From NCBI GenBank assembly GCA_004022145.1, contig RCNU01000003.1: DNA of 64,000 bases, one strand, 5' to 3'. The translations under genes were made by a program, and so were the position numbers. Positions within the stretch are counted from its first letter, which is position 1; every line of letters begins with the position of its first letter. The notes under the pieces were generated by a model. That model saw only the letters and a program-made list of their open reading frames with translations, was not told the DNA's origin and ran no database searches. Below, in pieces: positions 1 to 11,513 of this stretch. The DNA is from Paecilomyces variotii (Eukaryota).

Positions 1-189
1 AGAATGCGGAGTAAAAGATCGGAAATTGGACTCTGCTGAACTCGTCGTACTAGATAATTGTGACATGAAGCGTTCCGCCAAACTCATGGTTTGCGTGCAT
101 CTGGAGAGATCTTTCTCCATTTGTTGTATTTATATTTATCCAGCGCACTAGGATCTGGACGGCAATATTTGGAACTTGTCCTTCGGTAG

Positions 190-1560
190 CTATGCTCTGA
201 TAGTATCCACGAAGCCTCTGACCCTTTGTTCGGCTCTGCTATCCTTTCCTGACGTTCGGGGAGTTTGCATGTACAGTGCTTGGCCGAACGCAACATCATA
301 AGTACTGCCATTCATCATATCAGCTGGCGATGACTGTTCTCGGGACACTATACCTTCGTAATGCAAGTGATATTGGTGACCATAGAGCTTCCAAGTGGGT
401 GAGAGAGGCACAGCCGCCGATCCAGGTAGTTGAAGATTCTGCCATTGTCTCGATGTAACAAATGGCTAGGCGTTGACACATCCAACTACTACCGGGGTCT
501 TTGATGTGGAAGAGGCAGACCCCGAGAGACACACCCGGTCAATTCCATCGCTCTGATGGAAATCTAGCTTTGTGGTCTAGGAGAGCTCGGGTCCAGTAGG
601 ATATTTCTCAGGTGAGAGAGTCGAGAAGTTGGATTTTGTCATCTAGCCTCGAATGTGGAATTGTTGTAATTGTGAGGAACGGGTCTCATAAATTTCCAAG
701 CTCCTCTCGAGCCATTGGACATATTTATACTTCAAGAATGCCTCGACAGGATTCGTGACGATGGCCCAGAACTGTTCAAGAAGGGGATAGAATCAGGCCA
801 ATGGATCGAAAGTTTCAGCTCAGAGACCCGACAAAGATCAACACCTGCGATAGATGTTGAGGCAGTGCGATTTCGGCTAGTTGTTCCCTATCGAATAACT
901 TATGATTAGGAACCTTTTTTGCTATATGAAAAGCTCCCCATTCCGAGCGCAGTAGCTGGGAATGAATAAGGAGATAACTTACCCGGGTCTCTATGGTTCT
1001 GCTCCTGTTGATGGGTTTCGGCGATTTCGATCTTTGGGGTCAAGTCTAGGTACTTATGGATTGGATTGACGGACGCCAGTCCTGGTATTATTCTGCGAGA
1101 AAAGAGAACAATACGTTCTGCGTCATTGGCATGGGGAAGAGACAAAGTTCCTGTATATACGAGACAAGCAGCAACGATATATATTGAGGCGCGTGTTCAG
1201 CGAAGGTATATCGGAGTCCGAGCTAACCACCCATATCAGAGGAATAGTTGGTCGCTCGGTGGAGAGTGTAGTAGTTCGTGATGAATGGCTGCTACCAAAT
1301 CGCAACCGCACCAGGGAATGACCTTGAGAGCAACGAATCGATCTGCGTACTCAAATATTAGCGATTGTCAGAGTCGACGTGTACAAGTCAATACAGGCTA
1401 GGATGAAAACAGCGTTTCTCTAATTTCAAGAGTATGAACTTTCCAAGTATCATCCAATGGAATTCAAGAAGTTGACTCAAACTTAGCAAAATTCCTTGAG
1501 TCTGCTTGATAAAGTCGCGGACAATTTATACAAAATGTTCGTAGTTATATAACGCGTCTG
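190..1560 (-). pseudogene. Possible degenerate multi-exon gene relic, family unknown
   Basis: The minus strand shows splice-like signals (GCTAAT..CAG near 1345, ..TATACAG near 1153, G|GTAAGT near 981). It also shows protein-like fragments in shifting frames broken by TAG/TGA/TAA (e.g. 'FWAIVTNPVEAFLKYKYVQWLERSLEIYE', 'LDDKIQLLDSLT*EISYWTRALLDHKARF'). No intact reading frame could be assembled. Confidence 0.3.
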
Positions 1561-2629
1561 GTCATTGGCAACGAAAACGGTTCCATGTCAGGAGGAATGA
1601 GAAAGGATAATAGAGTGTTAACTATACTATATAGGCTCACTCCTGGGCCGACGCATCCAAGGAAGGGGTCGATAATAACGCTCTGCAAGAACAAAAAGAA
1701 AGAGAGAAAAGTATCAAATCACACACAGATATATATAATCTCAACATGGCAGTGGAGACACAGAGAACAGAAATCCTATCTTCCAATGACAGATACCTCT
1801 CGTATTTAAGCTTAGTTCGAAAAGATGAGATCGTGTAGGGTACGTTTGTATCATCGCGGATTCCATCTTCTTCCAGTCGTGGCCATATGCAAGTAACCTC
1901 TACATAGGCCCGAATCTAGCAGACAAAGAAGCGAACAAATCTGGATATGCACATTGCCTCCACTCTCAAAGAGAAAGACGGGGACGATAAGCGGGCTTAT
2001 GCGGGTATGCCAGCGTCCGAAGAGACTTTGAGACCTAATATGCAATGTCTAATCAGTTCTTTGAGACAAAGCGGTTTCTTACAGGTAGTTGCTGCGGAAG
2101 CAAGTACGACGTGTATATGCGGAAATAAGTTGCAGCACTGCAGAGATCACAGGTAATGTGGTCCTCCTTGAAGCGGTTGACATTGGACATTCGCTTAGGA
2201 GGCTCACATGTAGGGAACGACAGCCAACTTAGCGTTTCGCAGATGTAGGACAAGTGGGGGGGAATAAGGTAGGACAAACTACAGCAGCTTGCCGGGTTAC
2301 GGAACGACCTTGGAAACCTAACATATACCTGAAACGGAAGGCAGATTCTGAAACTACTGAACGGGTGGTTTGACTCTCATTTGATATACATATCCACGAT
2401 AAACGCTATTTAGAAGGCTCCTATAAACACATCATTTGTCTTGTAGCCTTTCGGCCATCACATAATCATGAATGTACAAGATGTTTGGAGTAATGGCACC
2501 TACCACGGGTAGTGTCATCAAAGCACTTGGTCCACGTAGACAGACAAAAGTTGAGTGGACTTCCGCTGCCACGAACTGCGCCTAAGACACAGTCAGAAAA
2601 ACACTCACCGTATCGGCGTTGCCGATCTT

Positions 2630-4528
2630 CTAGATCGCCTTTGTCCGGGAAAAAAGACTGCTGTACACAGCGTCGACGACAGGTTGAGCGGTAATCTGGC
2701 GACCACCAAAGAAACGGCCGTTGAGGCCCTTGATGGCATTCTCGCCACCCTGGACTCGGTCGAATTTGAGGTAGATATCGCCCTGCGAATGAGGATCTAG
2801 AGCAATGTGAACAACGTGGCCATATTTTTCTTCACACTCAGCGCGGACGTCATCCTCCAGCTCCTTGACCCAGCTTTCACCTTCTTCCCTGTTGAAATGT
2901 TAGCACATCCTACCTAGCAATTGACGACCAATGGGCAAAGTGAACTTACTCGGCAGGGTCAAACATATTACGCAGCAACACACATCTGCTCGCCATGTTG
3001 ACATTGACAGGCAATGGCTTGGTCTCGGTCTTCGGTTTGAGAATCTTTGCTTTCTCATCGGCGGAGGGTTCAGGCTCATCTGTTCTGGCAAGTTTCCTCA
3101 TCAATGCATCTCTGCTATAGTTGTTGAAGTTCACACCAGCAACATCCGTGTCATCCAGAGCACTGGCGCCGCTTGTACCCTTGTCGTCTCTGCCACCTGC
3201 ACGATCGAAGTTGCCACCGGCACCGCCAGCGTGAACACCGCGGCCTCCTTGGCCAGAGAATAATGAACCCTGGTAACTTGGTTGGTTTGCGCCCTGGCCT
3301 TGGAAACGCTGTAAAAGGTTCGCGGTCGATTCAGGGGTGAACTTATCGTTGCCAAGGCCAACACGAATCGGTCGACCAGCAAGATCAAAGCCATTCATCT
3401 TCTCCAGGGCCTCACGAGCTTGGTTAGGGTCACGGAACCTGTGATATATTGTTAGTATTGTTCTCATGTATGAGGAAGAACGGATTGAACCTACTGGACA
3501 AATCCATATCCTCTGCTGCGTCCGGTCTCGTCCTTCTGTAGTTGGACAAATTCGAGCTCACCGAAAGGTTCAAAAACGTTCTGCAGATCACTCTCAGTGA
3601 TACTGAAATGAATATTACCAACATATAATCTATGGAACGGAATAGAGTTATGGTTGCCGCTGACAGTGGGATTGCGAGCTTGTCGGTTCTTTTCGGCTTC
3701 GGTCAATTGTGCAATAATAGGGATCCCTAGAAGCTTCTGGCCGGTAAGCTGGATAGCAAGGGGAACTGATTCTTCGTCTTTAAATTCGACATAGCCCACA
3801 CTATAGAGATCATGTTAGTCGTATGAATACCATGTGATTGACGCGAAATTAAGAACTTACCCCTTAGAGCGCCCGCTCACACGATCCTTAACGATCTGAG
3901 CTTCCTTCACAGGCCCAACCTTCTCAAAGAAGGCAATTAGCTCTTTAGTCCTGAGACGAGCGGCCAACTGCTGCACAAAGACGGTACGTCTGTCACGCTC
4001 ATCCTCGGTAAGTTGAGGTTCTGCTGGAGTCCTGCTACGACGCCGTGGACTAGGGCTGCGTTTACGGTCACGGTCTCGACGGCGCCTATCATCGTCACGG
4101 TCATCTCTCCGCGAACGTCCTGAAGGACGGTAGTAACGGTCATCACGAGGGGAGCGAGAGCGAGTACGAGCACGTCCTCCACCACGGTAATAGTCACCCC
4201 CAGAGCGGTAGTCATCACGGTCGCGGCGAGCGCGGCGTCGGTCGCTGTCGCGGCTCCTGCTCCTCTTTCTGCTTCTATGGCTTCCGTTAGCACTGCCATG
4301 CTCGCTTCTCGGACTCTTCATTTCCTCGTCTCCATCGGCATCTCGTTCACGTCGGCGATCGCGACTGCGGTCTCGTCGTCGGCGATCTCTGTCCCGAGAA
4401 CGATCGCGGTCCTTGCGGTCACTGGGGTCGGCTCTGGAATGGTCATCGCGATCGCGGGAATCTCGCGATTCCTGAACTGAGGGAGCTGCTGCAGATTCGA
4501 GAAGAGCTTCAACGTCAAGACCTGACAT
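2630..4528 (-). CDS. RBM39/Pad-1/Rsd1-type RNA splicing factor (RS domain, two RRMs, C-terminal UHM-type RRM)
   Basis: Four exons, about 4528-3861, 3800-3495, 3438-2950 and 2888-2630, joined in frame by GT-AG introns. N-terminus [10 protein letters not shown] is followed by an RD/RS-rich region. RRM motifs: '[23 protein letters not shown]', '[23 protein letters not shown]' and '[35 protein letters not shown]'. Stop TAG at 2632-2630. Confidence 0.93.
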
Positions 4529-4808
4529 GGTGACAGAATATCGGACAGAACGCGACGAAGCACAGTACGAGTACGGATGGGGTGGTTGGTCACTTTGTTT
4601 CGTTAGAGCGGCAGGACGGACCCGGGTCTGGCTAGCGAACCCTTCTTTGATAGTGAGAGACACGCCTGGAAGACAGTTTCCAGCGTCGTCTCGATGCTAC
4701 TGAGTCAAAAGTCGATGCACAGGGGCGTGTCGCCTGGGGATGGAAGGCTGCGTGCTGTGCTGTGGTTGCAAGTCGAAAGACTTTCTACGGAGACGGAATC
4801 GGTCCTCG

Positions 4809-4816
4809 TCACGTGA
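4809..4816. promoter_or_regulatory. TCACGTGA bHLH E-box upstream of the splicing-factor gene
   Basis: Palindromic TCACGTGA lies about 280 bp upstream of the ATG at 4528. The same 8-mer occurs at 13628, 14492 (about 365 bp upstream of the BTB-like gene) and 59852. Function is not demonstrated. Confidence 0.3.
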
Positions 4817-5531
4817 TCGGCAATTACGTCGGCATCGAAGCCGAAAGTCATCCCGATGTTATCTCGGGCATCAAAGAAGGCCTAACATTGTTCAAAATAT
4901 GACCTGAATGACAGAAGGCCACATCTCTATTTGGAATTCTATTTGGCAGTGGTTTATTCACGTTTTGGCTGACTGGAGAAGATCTCTTACGACATAGGAA
5001 ACTCGTAATCGCATTCTCAATGAACGATCCTAGGCAACATTCTACAAAGGAAAGTCATTTCTACCCAGGATGATCTGCCACCGCTCAACAGACCATATCT
5101 ATACACAAGAACCTTTCCGGGCTTGTTCAGCGATGCAAGCCTATAGTCCTAGTATAATAACCCTCCAAGGGCCAAACCCCGTAGCACAAAATTGGTGCTG
5201 TAGTTGGCCCGGAGTGTCACTACTCGTCGCCACCATATCAATTCCTAGCTGGTTGACCTTGTATCATATAGGATGGCATAGCAATGGATACCATCATGAA
5301 CCGTGAACCATGATTGACTGGTGGTCAGATATTAGATATATGCTGTCTGCGTGTCATCGTTATTCCTTCCAAGACCGTCGTCGTATGTCGCGGTCCTTCC
5401 GGTCGTATACCACACACCTGTATTACAGGTTGATCGACACATATATACGTAGATTTGTAGTGAATAGGTCATGAGTTTCGTAAACAAGAGGTGAATTAGT
5501 TCGGAGGGGAGTATTGTGCTCCAAGGCGACT

Positions 5532-6664
5532 TCAAGATGCACGACGCCCCCAGATCCAGGACCATACTTTCGATACCAAATTGGTAATAGTAGGCTTTGG
5601 TGAGGGTTCCTGGAGAGGTAGAGCCGTGCTGGAGGGAGAGTACTGTGGTGGTGGCGGGATCTCGCATGCTGAATGATATGGCGGAGGCACAGTCTCGGGC
5701 GACGACAGGTCTGGCGTTGGGAAGCTCTGGGGAGCCAATCGACTGTACCCTTGGGACGTTTGTCTCTGGGCAGAATGAAAGGATTCCTCGAGGCGCTCGG
5801 GTTGTGGCTGGATGTCTGGCACATCCTCCTCGAAGCTCTCCCCAAGCAGCTCCCCTGCCGCCTCGACGTCCCGGTCATGGTAGTCCTTGTGTTGCTTGCG
5901 GATCCGTCTAGTAGAGGCATAATTGTGATATCTGTATAGGGGTTAGTAGCCGTACATTGACCATGTGAGTTATGAGTCGTTGTGAACTTACAATGACTCC
6001 GTCTTTTCCTTCACCCGTGTGAAGAGTCGAGAAATGAAATTCCGTTTGGAGGGCTTGCGCTGTTCTCCACCATACTGCGAGCCCCTCACTGAATATGGGA
6101 GCCACTCAGTGGTGCTAGAAGAGACAGCACGAGGCTGCATATTTGGAGCCGGCCTCGAGACGGTGTTGATCACACGCACTGTGATTTGGCCTCGTGTCTC
6201 GTTTGCTCTCTCGTATAAAGTTTCCTGTCAGGAGCCCAATGTTAGGAAATGGCACTATATAGATTCATCGTGGATACTTACACATGAAGGCACATTTCTG
6301 AAGATGGGATGCATCGAGATGTCCGGTACTGACCAGACACTGCAGGAGATACCTGCCTTCCAGGACTTGATCGAATAATCTGGGGCCGGCTTCTGGGCCT
6401 GGTATAGTGGTCAGCACATGTATGATCATTCCAGTCTGTCAGAATACCTACCTCGGCCGCTTTCTGCTTTTGAACATTGACCTCGCTATCCTTGGACTTT
6501 CCATCGTCCAGATTGTTGAGTCCACCTGGTTTGTAGAGATAAGCGAAATCCCACAGCCAAGGCACGACCTCCTCCTTCTTCGACGGCTCAATGCCCTTGG
6601 CCATAGGCTTCCCCGGCAGCTCCCTGCCCTGTTCAAACTGCGCCAGTCTCCTTGTCATAGACAT
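5532..6664 (-). CDS. Four-exon orphan hypothetical protein (~320 aa) with C-terminal PY-type motifs
   Basis: Exons 6664-6452, 6398-6282, 6224-5992 and 5931-5532 total 963 nt. They join in frame through three short introns (donors GTAGGT, GTAAGT, GTAAGT; branch CTGAC/CTAAC; CAG acceptors). The C-terminus contains VPPPY and PPPPQY. Confidence 0.68.
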
Positions 6665-7816
6665 GGTGAGATCTGGTAAAAAGAAGAGCAAGGACAGCCA
6701 GTAGCTTCGGGATTTGGAGAGTAGTAGATGCGTAGAAGATGTGGTGGTAAACAGTCCTCACAATCGGAGAACTGTGACGGGTTTCCGCAAAAGATGCCCG
6801 CAAGGATCGAACATCAGAGAGAAGGGACAACGAGGGGGGTATTTCAATAATAGCTCGATGTGAGTCATGATGCTGCTAATGAGCTGTCCATCCCCCTCTG
6901 CTCCCTAACTACGCTGCACATTGGATGCAAGCGGTCAACACCGCTATCATCTGCCGTATCATTAGGTCGTCCATGATGCCGCTTGAGATAAAAAGAGAGG
7001 CCTTTTCTCCACACTGATGAATTGTGCAGATTCCTATTGGGAGTGGGTGCAGAGAACCGTGTCGACGGCCTATTCGACATGTTGTCGCCCTAAAGCGGTC
7101 ATGCGCGTGGTTTAGTTGGGTATCGCGTTCTTGACCGCCAGCCCGAACACCATCGAGGTACGACCCTCCGTTGGAAAGGCCTCGCAGCAAACTTCTGCTT
7201 GTCTCCCAGCCATCTATTTTGCCGATGCTGGAAGCCGTTATTTCGGGAACGGGCCGTTGGCTGCATTTGTATTGTGACTACAACTGGGGTTCTGCAGATC
7301 GCCGTGCTTATTGCCCTTCGGAATGGGGTTCTTCCAGTGTTGCTGTTGTTCGGCCCTGTTGTTCACGATCGATTGACAACAATTGCCCCAAGGAGATGTA
7401 ACGTGGATAACATAGGGGAGATGGCTAACGCCCAAGCTTAACACGCAAAAGGAGTACTATCCCATTAGAGCAAGAGTTTCATTATCAATTAGGCATATAT
7501 CTAAGTATGTATCCAGACAACCGTCCTTATTACCTGAAGCTCACAGCTAAAGAAGAACGCCATGCCCACGCACCCAAACGACACTCGTGGATGCTCTCAG
7601 CAGCAATGACGCTATATACTTGGAAGCGGCAGATAGACATAATGGACCAAGTCCGCATATGTCGCCTCTTCAAACATGAAAGCGAACCACCTCCCAAAAG
7701 CGAGCGTACCGCATTAATGAGCGCAACAATAAATTACATAAATATCTTCGGAGAGTTTTGAACATCCACATAAAATACATCAGAAGGCCAGCGACCTCCA
7801 TTCGAGCTGCCCGTAC

Positions 7817-9079
7817 CTACTGGGTTTTCACCTCCTTCGGAGGCGGGGTCTCGAGCTCCGTACCAAAGACTCTATCCCAGAAACGACTCGTGACACCAAA
7901 GCCGTTGTCGAAATCGGCAAAATGGTGCTGGAGATGATACTTCTTCAGCTCCTTGTAGTAAAGGGGGAGGCTAAGGACCAAAGTCAGTATAAGAGTTCCA
8001 AAGGCAAGAAACATCGTATGGTAAGTGACTTACTTGCGATGGTGGAGGAAATAGTGCGTCATATCGTAGCAGATATATCCAAAGATACCACCACAGTATA
8101 CCATCACAGCCGCGTACCAATTGTAGGAGAAAACGGCATGGGCTAGCTTGTAAAATGGAGTGGCAAGAATGAGGAACAAAGTTGGCGGCATAACAAGACG
8201 ATACTTGTCCATCGGAAGGTAGTGGTGGATGCCATGCAGGACAAAGTGGAGCGAGATTCCAACACGGTTATCGGGCAGGTACCTGAAATCAATTAGTGAA
8301 TACTTCTAACGACGAAGGAAGCGCGGACGGCCATACTTGTCAATGTGGAACAGGAACCTATGCATTCCATACTCGACCAGTGTCCAGATACACAATCCCA
8401 GAATCCAGTACGCGGCAGGCTCGACCACGTTCGTGAACCCGGTCGAACCGATGAACGTGCCATACGTAACGGCCGGGAACCAAATAATTGGCACGCAGTA
8501 CCAGGCAGTCTTGGTGAGCGGCTCCAGGAAGTTCCCGAACAAAGGCGCAGATTCCCCTCCTCTGTAATGGCGAGGACGGTGGACTTGTTGCAGGTAAAAT
8601 TCCTTGGTGAAACCGCCGTACCACAACTGCGGGAAAAGCGGCTTATTCAGATCGAGAAACTTGTGAGTGCGGTAATCTGCTACCGGGTCCGTATCCACAG
8701 ATAGGTCCTCTTCCCTAGACATGCCAGTGGCATAGACAGGTCGCGAGTCAACTTGGCCGTTTGTTTGTTCTACCCCCGTCGCCGGCGCTCCTCCATTAGC
8801 CATGCTCTTCGCGGTCGATTCCGATGAGACGAAGCCCACGAGGCATTCGTCCAAGATCTCATAAGCAGCGTCCGTGTGTTCATGGGATACAACATCGCGC
8901 ATGATCTCCGACACATCTTTTCCGGCGTATTCCATGATCAGATCTCCGCCACCGGGGTGATCGTCCACGAAGGAGGTCACATCGTAGACCTTGGAGCCCA
9001 GCGTGACATAGCAGGACTTCTCTGTGTTGTGCGCCGCGACCTCGGCCGGTGTGAACGTAGGCAGGACCTTTCCGGGCAT
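7817..9079 (-). CDS. scs7: Sphingolipid fatty acid alpha-hydroxylase with N-terminal cytochrome b5 domain
   Basis: Cytochrome b5 heme motif 'FVDDHPGG'. Di-metal His boxes 'EYGMHRFLFH', 'LHGIHHYLP', 'YDMTHYFLHH' and 'KYHLQHHF'. Three exons with GT-AG introns near 8337-8283 and 8033-7971. Confidence 0.95.
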
Positions 9080-9275
9080 GGTTTTGAGTAAATATCGGCG
9101 GAGATCTTCGACGCAAAAGAGAACAGACGGGACTGTATGGTTGTCTTGACAGTTCTGGGTCAGGACCAGCTCGTAGAAGAAAAGAATCCAGATATGTCGC
9201 CAAACCCGAGAGTTCCGACGATGAAAAGAAAATTGTTGAAAAAGGGGAGAGATCGGATGGCCGATGAATCGAGGA

Positions 9276-9285
9276 GTGGCGTGAG
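9276..9285 (-). promoter_or_regulatory. Putative sterol regulatory element (SREBP/SrbA-type) in the scs7 promoter
   Basis: The minus strand reads CTCACGCCAC, matching the TCACNCCAC SRE core, about 200 bp upstream of the scs7 ATG. scs7 is a known Sre1 target in fission yeast. Confidence 0.4.
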
Positions 9286-9712
9286 GGCCTCGAAGGCGGA
9301 CAAATAAGTTTAGATTGCGGGTATTAACCCAGCACGGGACCGTTTGCTGGGACCGAAGATTGCTGCCTTACTGGTTGGTCCGACAAAGGGGTCAAGCTGT
9401 CAATGGAGTGTTGGTGGCGATTATAATGATAATATTGTACTCGTCCACAATTTGATCAGATGGATAGTCGCTCTCAAGGGTGCAGTGACGAGGTGAAGGA
9501 ATCCTGGACGATCTAACCATGCATGTCTTGCCGCAGAGGATATCAATACATTCAGCTCATAATAGTTGCTAATACATTGTTATTACGGGACCCAAAGCGG
9601 GAACAATAGAGTAATCCACGGGCTTTGCTGCGGGATCACGCCGTTCGGCATCACGGGGAAAGCAGCCCTAAGCCCTAACTCACATCCAGATTGAGACATG
9701 CCCGGTGACCTG

Positions 9713-9837
9713 AGGCATCAAGGTATCAAGGCATGAAGGCACTAAGGTATTCAGGCATAAAGGCACTAAGGCATCAAGGCATCAAGGCAGCAGCGGAATG
9801 TTCAGGCACCAAATTGGCAGGCATTATTATTCAGGCA
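9713..9837 (+). repeat. 8-bp-period tandem array of AGGCA-containing units (candidate SltA/Ace1 binding-site cluster)
   Basis: Units begin at 9713, 9721, 9729, 9737, 9745, 9753, 9761, 9769, 9777 and 9785 (8 AGGCA, 2 AGGTA). The 3-nt spacers vary (TCA, TGA, CTA, TTC, TAA). Three more AGGCA occur at 9804, 9819 and 9833, all in the same orientation. Confidence 0.85.
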
Positions 9838-11513
9838 CAGGGCGATCTCAGGAGACGCTAATTAATCCCGTCCATCATCCATCCCACAGCCCCGTCAATC
9901 TGTCTAGTTAGTCTAACTCGACGCTATCGCCGCTCTCTCCAACTTGGAACAGATCGCTTCAAGGATCTTCTTCTTCTAAGCGATCCACCGGGTGTCGGAA
10001 CCTCTAATTTATTCTCCTAGTCAGTGGATCGTCGCCTCATTATTCTCTAATCAAGGTTTCTGGATTGACTGATTATTTACCCAGGCGAAGCAGGTCCGAT
10101 GCAGGAATCACGATAGATAGTTCACCAACAGCGATATAGGCCCTTTGATTGGCCATGCTTCCAAACCCACTGTTTTGGAACTGGAATGTACGCAGATTAC
10201 CGATCAGAAACAGAGCCGGTTTCCCATTGTCGTCTTCAATCCGATGGGGCACGATCTACGAGTACTCCGTACAAGGGTATACAGAAACCGGCAGATGAGA
10301 CAATGAGCCTTACAGGATAACGGTAATAAGAACAATAATAATAATAATGAATGCAGTTGAACGAGCCATATGTGGGCCTGTTCACACATGCCGGCCAAGG
10401 CTAGAGTATAACTAATTGCCGTCTTGGCTACTTTCTGATCATCAAGACCGAAGCAAAAGAGCTGGTCCACAGCTTGCGGACAGATGCTTTGAGGTGCGGA
10501 CTATGGGCTATAAACAACTGCTGTACGCAGTGTACGGAGGTCTAGGAGATAATTCCCCTCCGCTCGTCGCATGGATCAAGTTTCAGCGCAGAAATGGTCA
10601 ACAGACGATTATCGCCCCTCGTGCCTGGACGCTTTGCTGAGTTAACTCAACCCCAAACGTATCCACAGGGGCTGCTGCTTACCCTAGCCTATCTGCCTAG
10701 CTTCATCTGGGCCGCGACACCGCCATCTCTTTTCTCTTCTCGGCGTCCTGGCGTCTTGTCAGCAAATTCCTGAAATTTGAATATCGAGATTAACTCAAGC
10801 ACTGGATGCAAGCACTAGCACTACGGTCGTGCAGCATAGGAGGGCATTTGCTAACGGTTAGCTACTGAAAGATCGATATAAGATGACCGACCATCATGGT
10901 AGGAACACAGGAGTTCTGCCGGAAGACAGGGACCCAGATTCCGGGCTTTCATACTAGTCCGTCCTGTCGGATAGGCTAAGATTACAGCCGGAGCTCTAGA
11001 CCACTTCCGTACGTACACTTTCAGAAACAACACAGCTCACTCGTGCGGAGAAGCTGATGAATACAGGGGGAAACAGTCAATTCTGCAATTACTGCTATTT
11101 ATGATATATGTGGTCGTATTAATTGCTCGCGGATCGATCCTGCGATCCTTTTTCATGCACTCATCAACCAATCGATCCTGGGCTTGTTGATCGTCGCGTC
11201 CCCTCTCTCTGCGTCGAGGTCGTGCCTCCGAGTGGCCAAGATTGATCTCGACCGTTGCTGCGGCGTACGCCAATCGCTTAGCCGCCAGCTCATCTGCAGA
11301 GTGGAGAGTCAATTAACTTAATATCGCTAAGTTGCTGCCATTAGGAGCCAGCTGTCATTCTCTATCTGCAGTAATTAACGCCCCTAGTATTCCATTGTTG
11401 TTAGCGTCACTGCGGACGAGGTCATTGTTTAAGATCACTACTACCCTTCCTGTGTCTTCCCCTCGGGACCTTCTTTGTGCCAATCATCCTCAAGAGGCAA
11501 GCAGGAACCCAAA

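Noticed and set aside
2440-2520. TGATGA and GGCCGAAAGGC on the minus strand, suggesting a hammerhead ribozyme or C/D snoRNA
   Set aside because: The CUGAUGA..GAAA core is not in hammerhead arrangement, and there is no suitably placed D box (CTGA).
5423-5920. 165-aa minus-strand ORF from the track
   Set aside because: It is an alternative frame overlapping the last exon of the spliced four-exon gene; the splice phase supports the other frame.
9665-9680. GCCCTAAGCCCTAAC, resembling a telomerase RNA template or telomeric seed
   Set aside because: It has a 7-bp period rather than 1.5 copies of CCCTAA, and no supporting TER elements were recognised.
9713-9792. Repeat array considered as CRISPR-like
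   Set aside because: The units are 8 bp without unique spacers, the context is eukaryotic, and there are no cas genes.
9980-10115. 9-bp stem (GCGATCCAC/GTGGATCGT) and CAGGTCCG..AGGAA resembling SRP helix 8 or a TPP riboswitch
   Set aside because: Conserved GNRA/AGCAG and CTGAGA/GATAA-type motifs are missing. The stem alone is compatible with chance.
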